Assembly: GCA_963749655.1 (NCBI GenBank)
Contig: CAVVOB010000019.1
Coordinates: 32,001 to 96,000, forward strand
DNA: 64,000 nt
From: Nitrospirota bacterium
GTDB taxonomy: Bacteria; Nitrospirota; UBA9217
Reading direction: 5' to 3'
The first letter of the stretch is position 1, and each line of letters starts with the position of its first letter. The position numbers and the translations under genes are program-made. Positions 1-9,818 of the stretch are shown here, piece by piece. Below the pieces are notes generated by a model, which had not been told where the DNA came from, did no database searches, and was given only the letters and a program-made list of their open reading frames with translations.

Positions 1-259
1 TTTTGCCCGCAAAACGAAAACCTGTTTGTTCCACACGTGTTCGCTTGTCCAGATTGGGGCCCCTCCGAACATCCTTGCCGATTTTCAAACGTTCTGATCC
101 CGCAGACCCTGATATCTTGTTCTCCTCATTTTTTCACCGTTCCCGTATTTTCCCAAACTGCAGCTCCACATGCTGCCGCCGCAAATCCAGACGCTAAGAA
201 TTCACACCTTGAAAAACGGTCGTGCACGCAAGTGACACCTTTGGCCCCTGCTTGCACAG

Positions 260-290
260 AAAAAAAGCCCCCCGGGGATTTCCGGGGGCT
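260..290 (-). terminator. Rho-independent terminator of the small lipoprotein gene
   Basis: Minus strand reads agcccccgg-aaatc-cccggggggct followed by a T-tract, 25 bp past the stop of 316..501. Confidence 0.75.
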
Positions 291-315
291 CGGTGCCGTG
301 TGCAATCAAGGAATA

Positions 316-501
316 CTACTTGTGCACGGGTGCAGCCGGTGCTGCCGGTGCCGTCGATGTCGGGGCCGACATCGTGCCGGTCGCTGTGGAGGTCACCGCC
401 GACTGCTCAGCCGGCTTCGGTGCTTCCTGCTTCTGACAACCTGCGAACGCGAACAGTGCGGCGACTACGAATGCCGCCATAATAGCAGATATCTTCTTCA
501 T
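316..501 (-). CDS. small lipoprotein with Ala/Pro/Thr-rich tail
   Basis: MKK-hydrophobic signal with lipobox FAGC; AGGAGG RBS upstream; terminator downstream. Confidence 0.75.
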   Translation of the reverse strand: MKKISAIMAAFVVAALFAFAGCQKQEAPKPAEQSAVTSTATGTMSAPTSTAPAAPAAPVHK

Positions 502-927
502 ACTTTGTCACCTCCTTTCTTCTCGTCCTTCTTGCCCCAGCGCGCTTGCCGCAATAAAAATATGAATCTGATCAAGAGCACGCTGCAGCCTGGAGAGTCT
601 GGTTGAAAATGATCGGTTGTTCACGCGACAAACATCATGAGTTGAAACTTCCTGCAGCAAGAGGAAACGGAACGATCCGGTTCATTCGCGAACCCGGCGG
701 TCATTCCTTTGCGGGGCCGTCGAATGCTCAGCTCGGGCTTCCGATGTTGTCGCAAAATGACCGGATTATAAACCTTTTTTTTATAATTGCAAGGGAGATT
801 TTATCGGCCTGACACTTACAAAAGCCGGCCCAATCCATATCGTGATGACAGATGGTATACTATAACTGTTTTACAGTGCCGGTAATTTACTGTCGACTGC
901 AGACAGAGTTGCAGGGGGGGGGATTTG

Positions 928-1314
928 ATGAGCTATTTTTTCTGCAAAACGATCATGATGCCGTTCGACAAAGCCGTCCAGCTGGTAACCGAAGCGCTGA
1001 AGAGAGAAGGTTTCGGCGTTCTTGCGGATATCGATGTGCAGGCTATTTTGAAAAAAAAGCTGAACGCAGATTTCAGGAAATATCGTATTCTCGGTGCTTG
1101 TAATCCTCCCTACGCCTACCAGGCGCTTCAAGCCGAAGCAAAAATCGGAATCATGCTTCCCTGCAATGTAGTTATTCAGGATCTGGGGGGAGGGACTGTC
1201 GAAATAGCGGCTGTGGATCCTGTGGCATCCATGGCGGCGGTGCACAACCCCAAACTCAACGTGATCGCCGGTCAGGTACGCGAAAAGCTCAAAAATGTTG
1301 TTGATGGCTTGTAA
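928..1314 (+). CDS. DUF302 domain protein
   Basis: Family-typical motifs GFGVLADIDVQ, YRILGACNP, IGIMLPCNVV. Confidence 0.9.
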   Translation: MSYFFCKTIMMPFDKAVQLVTEALKREGFGVLADIDVQAILKKKLNADFRKYRILGACNPPYAYQALQAEAKIGIMLPCNVVIQDLGGGTVEIAAVDPVASMAAVHNPKLNVIAGQVREKLKNVVDGL

Positions 1315-1733
1315 GCCCTTCTTGTCTTGCTTCTTCCAGATCAATACGCAATCAGCTTGAACTTGCCGGTACGGGAGGGCGCGGATTCCGTTTCAACCCA
1401 AGTATTTCAGCACTTAAACGGGAATTTCACTCATGCCTCCGGATAATACGAAACAGACGAAGGTGAATTTCAACCGAAGAGTATCTGACATGTATACCTG
1501 TGCTGTAGAGCATGCGAGCTGTCGAATCATGCCGGACCCGGCTCTGACCAGGCACCTTTTCCTTGCCACGACACACGAATTCAGTTAAAGTATCACCGGT
1601 TCCCGGTGCGAAAACTCTTGCCTGGAGCGTTTCTGCTGCAAACCGGCACAGGAGGGAGCGTTTTTAGCATGATCATAGAGACCCGGCACCTGATGCCGCG
1701 GGATATTTTATTCAAGGAGTGTGACGCAGGAAC

Positions 1734-2120
1734 ATGGAAAATGCCGCAGCACTGGCAAAAAAATACGGGTTGGAATCCTATCTGGAAAGGCCGGCCGAAT
1801 TGAATGCAGCGATTCTCAACCTCTTGCTGCTGCAGGAGACAATGCAGCTCGAACAGGCGGGAAAAATGAAAATCGATGCGACGACCATATCGGTCAGACG
1901 CGACGTTCACGGGAAATTCGTCGCCGCCAGCCGCGGCGACAAGGCCTATCGCTATGCAGTGGAAACGGCGCTCGAAGCCGCCACTTTCACGGTTGCGGTC
2001 TTCCAGCGAGATCGCTTTGTCCGCATCCTGCAAAATATGGGGGTTCCTGAGGACAAGATTGCCGCGTTCTGCGATAGCGTGACAATCGATGATGACACTC
2101 ATTGCAGCACCGCAGGGTGA
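1734..2120 (+). CDS. hypothetical protein
   Basis: 128-aa ORF with protein-like composition and AGGA(G) upstream; no recognised motif. Confidence 0.6.
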   Translation: MENAAALAKKYGLESYLERPAELNAAILNLLLLQETMQLEQAGKMKIDATTISVRRDVHGKFVAASRGDKAYRYAVETALEAATFTVAVFQRDRFVRILQNMGVPEDKIAAFCDSVTIDDDTHCSTAG

Positions 2121-2276
2121 ACCGGCACCCGGGCACTATGTTTCTGCCCGCCGGAGTAACTTGACGCGATACCGCGGTACCGCGAAGGACGGATTGTAGA
2201 GCATCAGGTGCACGGCGGAGGGGCGGTCGGCCGGAAACCGGAACTCCTCCGAGAATCGAAAGGAGTGATCTCCGAC

Positions 2277-2510
2277 ATGGCCAATGTTGTCCGAAAAAGT
2301 CCGATCGTCGGCTTCATCATTTCCGCCCTGTTCGGCGCCTTCGGTCTGCTTCTTCTAGGAATCGACGGTGCGCCGGGGGCCGCCGGGGAAATTGTGCTTT
2401 GGATGTACAGGACAGTGGGTATATTCCTGTTTTTTGTTTCCCTCTGCGTTATTGCCGTGGCCGTGAACGCGATCGTAAAAGCAAAAAAATCAGGCAATGA
2501 GCGGCAATAA
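2277..2510 (+). CDS. small membrane protein (2 TM)
   Basis: AAGGAG upstream of ATG 2277; two hydrophobic segments and a basic C-terminus. Confidence 0.6.
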   Translation: MANVVRKSPIVGFIISALFGAFGLLLLGIDGAPGAAGEIVLWMYRTVGIFLFFVSLCVIAVAVNAIVKAKKSGNERQ

Positions 2511-2699
2511 CTTGCCCGGACCATCCTCCCTTCTCCCTGTTTGACCATAAATCATTGTTTAGCCCGTAAACGCACTTCACGCCGTGCCGGACTGCCTTGC
2601 CATCTTTCCATTTTTCTGCTACAGTTCAAGATAGTATGCCAATGCTGCACGGTTTCCACATGCCGGAACAACAATTCACCTACGAGTAAGGAGGCATCT

Positions 2700-2975
2700 A
2701 TGAAAAGGGTAATTGCGGTTGTGGTTCTGCTCATGTTTGTAGCAGCTCCTGTTCTTGCTGAAGATTCGGTAACGGTAAAATCGAAAACAGGGAACGTGAC
2801 CTTCAACCATAAGGCCCACGGCGGAACGGGGGACTGCGCTGTGTGCCACGGATCAGGTACGCCTGGAAAATTGACTCTGGGAGGAAAGGACGCGGCGCAC
2901 AAATTGTGCCAGGGCTGCCACAAGGTAAAAAAGGCAGGACCTACCAAATGCTTCGATTGCCACAAGAAAAAGTAA
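2700..2975 (+). CDS. triheme cytochrome c7/c3-family protein (PpcA-like)
   Basis: AAGGAGG RBS, Sec signal, GNVTFNHKAH, three CxxCH (CAVCH, CQGCH, CFDCH), GPTKC motif. Confidence 0.92.
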   Translation: MKRVIAVVVLLMFVAAPVLAEDSVTVKSKTGNVTFNHKAHGGTGDCAVCHGSGTPGKLTLGGKDAAHKLCQGCHKVKKAGPTKCFDCHKKK

Positions 2976-2984
2976 GGGTCATCA

Positions 2985-3016
2985 CCGGGGAATAGTCCCT
3001 GTGAACTATTCCCCGG
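2985..3016 (+). terminator. hairpin after cytochrome c7 gene
   Basis: 12-bp stem ccggggaatagt/actattccccgg; no T-tract. Confidence 0.5.
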
Positions 3017-3336
3017 AGCACCCGCAGCAGGTCGGCATCGATCCAGCGATGACTCTGCGGAAAATAACAACCCGTTGTGGAGGAAGCTTGAATAAACGGC
3101 CGTTCCCGTGATCAGCGACGTCGCAGTTCCCCTTACTCACCCAGATCCCCCCATCAAGAAGAACCGGATTCGACCGCAGCCTTTCCTATGCCGAGGTATC
3201 GGAGTATGCCGATTTCCTCATAATGATATTTACCCGACGGGTAGTGAATTCAAACCTGCCGATAAACAATCGACAGACCTTCCCCGGGACAAGGGACCAT
3301 TAGGCATTTTAAATTAGTCAATTCAAAAATATATGG

Positions 3337-3365
3337 TTGACAGGCGGGGAAATCGGCGCTATAGA
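3337..3365 (+). promoter_or_regulatory. candidate sigma70 promoter of the second cytochrome gene
   Basis: TTGACA-17 bp-TATAGA preceded by an AT-rich tract. Confidence 0.45.
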
Positions 3366-3554
3366 TTTAAACAAGGGGTCTAGGAGGTCCTCTGATACCA
3401 CTGAACGGCTTCTTGCCGCAATCATATCACCAATAAAATAGAGAAACTTTCGGAGAAGGGACAAAAGAAACATTACAACGTATTTATTCATCGGCAAGTA
3501 ACGCTTTCGCAGGAGCAACCGTAAAAAATATACCTCAAAGGGGGGACATGAACT

Positions 3555-3873
3555 ATGAAAAAGATAAGTTTGCTGGTGTTGTGTCTGTATCTTGCAGCAA
3601 CCGTCACTGCCGCGTACGCAACGGTCGGAGGAGGGGATTTGACCTTCAATCCTCCCGGTGCCAAGCCGGTGCATTTCAGCCACGCGGCGCATGTTGACGG
3701 GAAACATAAAAAGTGCAGCGCCTGCCATTATCATCTTTTCCAGATGGAAAAAGGCTCCTACAAGATGGAGATGAGCAAGATCACAAAGGGTGAATTTTGC
3801 GGCTCCTGCCACAACGGCGAGCGGTCCTTCGGAGTCAAAGGATCCGGCAAGCTGCTCGAAATGCCACAAATAG
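3555..3873 (+). CDS. c7-type triheme cytochrome c (frameshift near 3840)
   Basis: Signal peptide, PVHFSHAAH, CSACH, CGSCH; removing one base near 3840 gives DPASCSKCHK-stop (third heme motif). Confidence 0.85.
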
Positions 3874-4514
3874 CCGGACCACGGGCATTGTGACGCCCTG
3901 CGGGCGGCATTGCCTGCAAGGAGACAAACTGCCCTGTTTCGGCACTCTGAAGACCATCACGGGCTCAGGGAAAGAGCGCTCTTTTCTGCTCGTCATGGTA
4001 TAATTTCGTATATCCAGTCCGCCTCGATCGAAGAGCATTTGCACTCCGAGAAATCGTACTGTTCTTCGTATACACTGTCATGAAGGCGCTCGAAGAGCAC
4101 CCCGGCTGTTTCCGGTGAAAAATTATTTCATTACCCGGGGACAGGAACTTTCCGCACGGATGCAAAGCCATGGGTTTCAAGTCGAAAGATCCGTCATCCG
4201 CCGTTGTCCATCACGCCTCGGGAATCCGCTGTCAGATGTATGAACCGATAGGTCGGATCGTCAGGCAAGAATGAAATCCCCTGGTCTGCGCAACCCTGTC
4301 TGTCCGCCGACAAAACCCCTGATTCTCCGCCCCGACAGCCAGCCAGAAATACTTACAGCCGCAGTGCCGTGTCTGCCGCTTCCCAATTGACAGGGACGTC
4401 CCGGTGTGCAATAATTACGTACCTGCGGGGAATGCGCTCGTGTCGTCATTTAGGCTGATGCCGGAAGCGCGTGCGATACCGCCGCCGTTGATCAGGAAAG
4501 TGAGGCATCCACCG

Positions 4515-5273
4515 GTGACCGATTCTTTAGAAAACGGGGACCACCTGCCGGACCGAAGAAAGAGTTACGCCCTGCTGGTGGATGGGTATGTAAGAGACCT
4601 GTTCGCAACAGGCATGATCCTGCAGCGACTTGACTACGATGTTTATATTTCCAATTCGGGCGAGGATGCGCTCCGGATCATCGCCGCTGCCCCTCCCGAC
4701 CTTGTCATAACAGAGCTTTCGCTGCACCAGATGTCCGGACTCGAACTGCTCGTCAACCTGAAGAGAACGCCCGAGACAAAGAACATTCCCGTCATCATTC
4801 ATACGGCAATCGGAGACCAACGGCGCGAAGAACATTGCCGCGCCTCGGGGTGCTCGGCCTTTCTTAAAAAACCTGCGGAAATCGACGCCCTCTACAGCGC
4901 CATCCAGCAGGCGACGGAGGATACCCCCCGCCAGCATGTCCGTCTGCGTACGCTCATGCCTGTCAGGGTGGGAGGACATGTCTCCACGGAAGCCGCCAAC
5001 AGCGTTGAGTTCATCTCTGAAATATCGGAAAACGGCATATTTGTCCGGACATTGAACCCCCGTCCGGTTAATTCCGTGGTCCCGGTCAATATTATCATCA
5101 GTTCAATACCGGTCAAGGCCACGGCTCAAGTCGTACGCAAGGTGACCATGAATCCCGGGTTGTTCAAAGAGCCGGGGATGGGCATGAAATTCGTGGACAT
5201 AACCGCTGCGCACCGGGAATTACTCAGAAACTTCATCAAGGGACAGATCATGAAGGACATCGTGACCTCGTGA
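4515..5273 (+). CDS. receiver(-like) domain + PilZ domain protein
   Basis: REC-like PDLVITELSLHQMSG...FLKKP; PilZ RxxxR (RQHVR), EISENG and PGMGMKF. Confidence 0.85.
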   Translation: MTDSLENGDHLPDRRKSYALLVDGYVRDLFATGMILQRLDYDVYISNSGEDALRIIAAAPPDLVITELSLHQMSGLELLVNLKRTPETKNIPVIIHTAIGDQRREEHCRASGCSAFLKKPAEIDALYSAIQQATEDTPRQHVRLRTLMPVRVGGHVSTEAANSVEFISEISENGIFVRTLNPRPVNSVVPVNIIISSIPVKATAQVVRKVTMNPGLFKEPGMGMKFVDITAAHRELLRNFIKGQIMKDIVTS

Positions 5274-5379
5274 TCACCCGCTAAAGAACATCGTCCAATT
5301 GCTCATGCAAGGGACCGGAGGCGCGGGAAACAGCTTCCCTGCCAACGCAGTCCTGTTTGCTCCTGCCCGTTAATTTATC

Positions 5380-6138
5380 ATGACATTCATTCTTCAAAAA
5401 ATCATCTGGTTTCTCATCCTGCCGCCCTCCAGCCTTCTGATCATGATCGTCGCCGGCCTGCTGCTGATCAACCGGCTCCCCCGGCAGGCAAAAATTTTCA
5501 TGAGCTCGGGCGCGGTGTTCCTCTATCTCCTCAGCCTCGGCCATGTTGCCGACCTGCTTCTGAGGCCGATTGAAGGCCGTTATCATCCGCTCACCCACCT
5601 CGACTCCCCGGTTGACGCCGTGGTCGTGCCCGGCGGTGGGTCCGTAGACCTCGACTGGCTCGGTGCCGATCCGGAACCAAACGCAGAAACCCTGTCCCGC
5701 CTCGTTCTGGGAATTAAAATCGCCGGGAAATTGCAAGTACCCCTCGTGCTGTGCGGCGGCAACGGCGAACCCTTTACGGTAAAAATCAACGATGCCGATG
5801 TCATGGCAGCGGCAACTGCGTCCTTCGGCATGCCGCTCCGTCAGGTGTTGACGGAGAATGTTTCCCGGAACACAGTCGAGAATTCCTATGCCGTTCGGAA
5901 GCTTGTAACCGGGGATCGCATCATTCTGGCCACTTCAGCGTACCACATGCCGCGTGCAGCAGCCATGTTCAGCCGCCGCGGCTTTACCGTGATCCCGGCT
6001 CCGACCTACTTTCTCGCCCAGACCAGGCTGTTTTCCTACGCATCGTTCATCCCCAAAGCCGGCGACCTTGCCCGCTCGACCACGGCCATCGCAGAATGGA
6101 TGAGCATGGCCTGGTGGACCATCCGCGGGGAAATCTGA
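5380..6138 (+). CDS. YdcF/ElyC (DUF218) family membrane protein
   Basis: N-terminal TM segments, VVPGGG, SRNTVEN, LATSAYHMPRA. Confidence 0.9.
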   Translation: MTFILQKIIWFLILPPSSLLIMIVAGLLLINRLPRQAKIFMSSGAVFLYLLSLGHVADLLLRPIEGRYHPLTHLDSPVDAVVVPGGGSVDLDWLGADPEPNAETLSRLVLGIKIAGKLQVPLVLCGGNGEPFTVKINDADVMAAATASFGMPLRQVLTENVSRNTVENSYAVRKLVTGDRIILATSAYHMPRAAAMFSRRGFTVIPAPTYFLAQTRLFSYASFIPKAGDLARSTTAIAEWMSMAWWTIRGEI

Positions 6139-6209
6139 GTCGTCTGCATCGGGCCTGTCGATCCCGGTTCGCTTGTTGCGAAATAGGCAGGATTGCCGCC
6201 TGTACCGAT

Positions 6210-6334
6210 GATGATCTCGTAAAAAGTCTTTTAGACACAGACAAAAGTTAAAAAAATATTATCGATTTTTTCAAAAACTCTCTTTGATTTTTTTATGCCT
6301 TTTGCGGCAAGTCTTGACTTCCTACGACGACATC
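6210..6334. mobile_element. MITE-like element with 19-bp imperfect terminal inverted repeats
   Basis: gatgatctcgtaaaaagtc (6210-6228) vs gacttcctacgacgacatc (6316-6334), 14/19 complementary; AT-rich core; related ends recur at 28152-28291. Confidence 0.6.
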
Positions 6335-6337
6335 CCC

Positions 6338-7638
6338 GTTGCGTCATAATAAAATGTTACCGGAAGTCAGTATAACCGGTATGGATTTGTATTAGGGTTT
6401 GAAGATCTTTTTAAGCTTCTCCTCCATTGCTTTTCTCAGATCAAAGGGGTTCAGTGTTTTATAGAGTTCTTTGAGTTTTCGTTTTGATTCTTCAGCAACT
6501 GCGGGAGATTCCAAGACCCGACGGTAAGGGGTTTTGGGCTTATCATAGCGTTTCACCGTCTTTGAGGCAACTCGTTTCTTCTCAAGCAGCTTTACCGAAG
6601 GGCAGAAGAAGTTCAGAAACAATCTCCATTCGGAAGTGTAGAGCTCATTCATAAGAGGAACGACCTCCGAAGAGTCCAGGCGATCGTAGCCGAGCCATTG
6701 CCGTACATGGGTCCAGTTTTTCTGCTCAATGTGGGCGTTATCGTCTTTTTTATACGCACGGCTCCGGGTAAACTGGATCGGCTGCTTCCTATCCGTCAGA
6801 TACCGGAGGAGATGATGGTTCAAGAACTCACTGCCGTTGTCGGAATCAAAGCCCAGGATCGGGAACGGGAGGGATTGCTCGATATCCTTGATCTGATCGA
6901 TGACATCCTGATAGTTTTTACCCCAAACGGCACGCTGCTCGGTCCAGCCGGTTGCGATGTCAACGCAGTCGACGGTATTGGCATAAATGCCTTCTGTAGA
7001 GCTTCCGCAGTGGGCAACGGTATCGGCTTCCAGAAAGCCCGGCCGGGATTCATCCCACTGGTTCGTTTTAACAGGGATGTGCTTTCTTAAAAGCGTTCCT
7101 GGTTTGGTCGTGGCCCTGCCGTGTTTGGTATACTTCGCGCGCACCGGTTTCAACATGCGGTCAATGCTTGAAGGCGATATCCGGAGCAGGGCAACAGCGG
7201 TCTTCTGGGAGATAGGGCCATAAGTCTTGATATAGCCCGGCAGCCACTCAGGGAGGATGGCCTTCAGGCGGGTCGAGCAAGGCAAGCTTGCCGCTATCCA
7301 GATGCGTTTTAAGGGAATCAGGATCGCCTCAGAGTCATACTCCGGCCTTCTGCCTCGCTTCGCCGGCGCCTTTTGCGTAAACCGCCGGAAGGTCCGCAGA
7401 AGTCTGAGGGCATGTTTTCTGTGATACCCGCAGGTAGAGCAGAACTCGCTCAGGATCGCTGTTTTTATCTTCCGGGAGGCGGCCCGGTACCGTTTGATGA
7501 TAGCAGCCAGGTACTCCCGTTTGGATCGTGGACTCATCAGAACTAACCCTCCTTTTAGGGGTATAGTTCCGGTAACATGCATTATGAGTCAACGATACTT
7601 TTCAAAATGCGGTTGGGTAACATTTAATTTGAATCAAT
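6338..7638 (-). mobile_element. insertion sequence (rve-type DDE, ISNCY-like) with reiterated terminal motifs
   Basis: Inverted end motifs gttgcgtcataataaaatgttaccggaa (6338-6365) and ttccggtaacatgcattatgagtcaac (7567-7593), plus a second copy ggtaacatttaatttgaatcaat (7616-7638); lower GC than flanks. Confidence 0.8.
6392..7537 (-). CDS. transposase with integrase-like (rve) DDE catalytic core
   Basis: N-terminal HTH (GYHRKHALRLL); EADTVAHCG, DSDNGSEF, RSRAYKKDDNAHIEQKNW; AGGAGG before ATG 7537; ORF intact. Confidence 0.9.
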   Translation of the reverse strand: MSPRSKREYLAAIIKRYRAASRKIKTAILSEFCSTCGYHRKHALRLLRTFRRFTQKAPAKRGRRPEYDSEAILIPLKRIWIAASLPCSTRLKAILPEWLPGYIKTYGPISQKTAVALLRISPSSIDRMLKPVRAKYTKHGRATTKPGTLLRKHIPVKTNQWDESRPGFLEADTVAHCGSSTEGIYANTVDCVDIATGWTEQRAVWGKNYQDVIDQIKDIEQSLPFPILGFDSDNGSEFLNHHLLRYLTDRKQPIQFTRSRAYKKDDNAHIEQKNWTHVRQWLGYDRLDSSEVVPLMNELYTSEWRLFLNFFCPSVKLLEKKRVASKTVKRYDKPKTPYRRVLESPAVAEESKRKLKELYKTLNPFDLRKAMEEKLKKIFKP

Positions 7639-7831
7639 TCGCATCACCGATAGACACTTGCAGTTTATGGCAGACTCGTGCTACAATACTTCACCTTTTC
7701 GAAAAAAAAACTCGCGGGAAAGCCGCTGACATAGCCGAAATCAGTCCTCCGCGACAGCGCGAGGGCGGCGGCCAGGGGACACAACGCACGGGCTTTCAAC
7801 GGGAGAATATCAATCACAGGAGGAGTCAAGG

Positions 7832-8830
7832 ATGGAGACGGTCTCATGGAAAGACATCGGCCTGGTCAATACGCGGGAGATGTTCGCGAAGGCAATGAAA
7901 GGCAAGTATGCGATTCCCGCATACAATTTCAACAATATGGAGCAGTTGCAGGCGATCGTCATGGGCTGCGTCGAATCCCGTTCGCCCTTTATCCTGCAGG
8001 TCTCCAGCGGGGCGCGGAAATATGCGAACCAGACGCTGCTGCGTTTTCTGGCCATGGGCGCAGTCGCAATGATCAAGGACGCGGGATCGCCCGTAAAATT
8101 TTCTCTTCACCTGGACCATGGCGACACTTTTGAGCTGTGCAAGTCCTGCATCGACTCGGGATTCTCGTCCGTTATGATCGACGGGTCCCACCATTCCTAT
8201 GAAGACAATATCAAAGTCACAAAACAGGTCGTAGAATACGCCCGTCGGTTCGACGTGACCGTTGAAGGCGAACTCGGCGTGCTTGCCGGCATCGAGGACG
8301 CGGTGTCGGCGGAAAAATCGACGTACACCAAGCCCGAACAGGTCGAGGACTTCGTCAAAAAAACCGGCGTCGATTCCCTGGCCATTTCCATCGGGACTTC
8401 CCACGGCGCCATGAAGTTCAAGCCAGAGCAGTGCACCCGCGACAGCCGCGGCGTTCTCGTGCCACCGCCGCTTCGCTTCGACATACTCGACGAGATCGAG
8501 AAGCGCATCCCCGGATTCCCGATCGTGCTCCACGGAGCTTCATCGGTCATCCCCGACTACGTGCAGATCATCAACTCGAACGGAGGCAAGCTCAAGGATG
8601 CCGTGGGCATCCCCGAGGACCAGCTTAGAAAAGCGGCGACGAGCGCGGTCTGCAAGGTGAACATCGACAGCGACGGGCGGCTGGCCATGACCGCTATGGT
8701 CCGGAAGACCCTGGCCGAGAAGCCGGCCGAGTTCGACCCCCGGAAGTATCTCGGCCCGGCCCGCGACGAGCTGATCAAGATGATCATCCATAAAAACAAG
8801 GAAGTTCTCGGTTCTGCAGGCCAGGCCTGA
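7832..8830 (+). CDS. fba: fructose-1,6-bisphosphate aldolase class II
   Basis: AYNFNNME, LHLDHG, SSVMIDGS, VEGELG, IGTSHGA, VLHGAS, KVNIDSD, FDPRKYL. Confidence 0.96.
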   Translation: METVSWKDIGLVNTREMFAKAMKGKYAIPAYNFNNMEQLQAIVMGCVESRSPFILQVSSGARKYANQTLLRFLAMGAVAMIKDAGSPVKFSLHLDHGDTFELCKSCIDSGFSSVMIDGSHHSYEDNIKVTKQVVEYARRFDVTVEGELGVLAGIEDAVSAEKSTYTKPEQVEDFVKKTGVDSLAISIGTSHGAMKFKPEQCTRDSRGVLVPPPLRFDILDEIEKRIPGFPIVLHGASSVIPDYVQIINSNGGKLKDAVGIPEDQLRKAATSAVCKVNIDSDGRLAMTAMVRKTLAEKPAEFDPRKYLGPARDELIKMIIHKNKEVLGSAGQA

Positions 8831-8952
8831 GATTCGAGAGCGATAAATACAAGCAGGGCCGGGTCATGTTCCAAAGGACAGCACGGGAATATGATGCGGC
8901 CCTGTTTTTCGTGTACTGATGTCTGATACCCGACCGCCCAGAAGGACCCCTT

Positions 8953-9651
8953 ATGACCTCCGATTTTAAAATGACGTACCTCTATCGATTTGAGGACGGC
9001 GTTACCATAAAGTTCGACCTTCTCTTCGATGCCGAAACGCTCGCACTGATACCCGAGAAGCACGTCGACCTTCCTGAGTGGACGCTGCTCGGTTACTGTC
9101 AATGCGCAAATTGCCCGCTCGATGCGCGCACCCATGCACGGTGTCCCGTCGCGGCGAACTTCTCCGGTATCGTGGAAAAATTCAAGAACTTCATGTCTCA
9201 CGACCGCGTGAACGTCGTCTGCATCGTTGAAGAGCGCGCCTACTCCAAATCGACGACAGTTCAGATGGGCGTCAGCCCGCTTCTCGGCGTCATCATGACC
9301 ACCAGCGGATGCCCCGTCATGGAGCAGCTCAAACCAATGGTCCGTTTTCATCTGCCTTTCGCAAGTCTCGAAGACACGATCTTCCGCATGGTCTCCATGC
9401 ACCTCGTGGCCCAATACCTCCGGCACCAGGCGGGAAAATCATCGGACTGGAGCCTCGACGGCCTGTCGAGGATATACGCGGAAGTGGGCGAAGTGAACAA
9501 GAACTTTGCTGATCGAATGGTCGGTGCCGCACGCAACGACGTCAACGTGAATGCGCTTGTGAACCTCGATGCTTTCGCCAAGATGGTGCCCCTGGCGGCC
9601 GACAAGCTGCTCAAAAAAATCTCGCCCTATTTTTCCGCGCTGCTGAAGTAA
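8953..9651 (+). CDS. conserved Cys-containing hypothetical protein (DUF6901-like)
   Basis: WTxL-CQCANCPL-CPVA, TSGCP, PMVRFHLPFA motifs; family name recalled, not searched. Confidence 0.7.
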   Translation: MTSDFKMTYLYRFEDGVTIKFDLLFDAETLALIPEKHVDLPEWTLLGYCQCANCPLDARTHARCPVAANFSGIVEKFKNFMSHDRVNVVCIVEERAYSKSTTVQMGVSPLLGVIMTTSGCPVMEQLKPMVRFHLPFASLEDTIFRMVSMHLVAQYLRHQAGKSSDWSLDGLSRIYAEVGEVNKNFADRMVGAARNDVNVNALVNLDAFAKMVPLAADKLLKKISPYFSALLK

Positions 9652-9818
9652 CGGTTCTGCAACGATACAAACCGCAATTTTTTGATTGCCGCTCTTTGCG
9701 GTCCGTTCTCCGTGGAATCATATTGCGATTTTTCTCGGGATGATCTATAGTAAACTTCCTGCAGCGTGCTGCAGACCATTACTATCGTATCTAAGACCGC
9801 CTGCCGGGAGGACCTCCA

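Noticed and set aside
914-922. Poly-G tracts (914-922 and about 60645-60654) as phase-variation sites
   Set aside because: Non-coding, and homopolymer length is unreliable in this error-prone sequence; no supporting evidence
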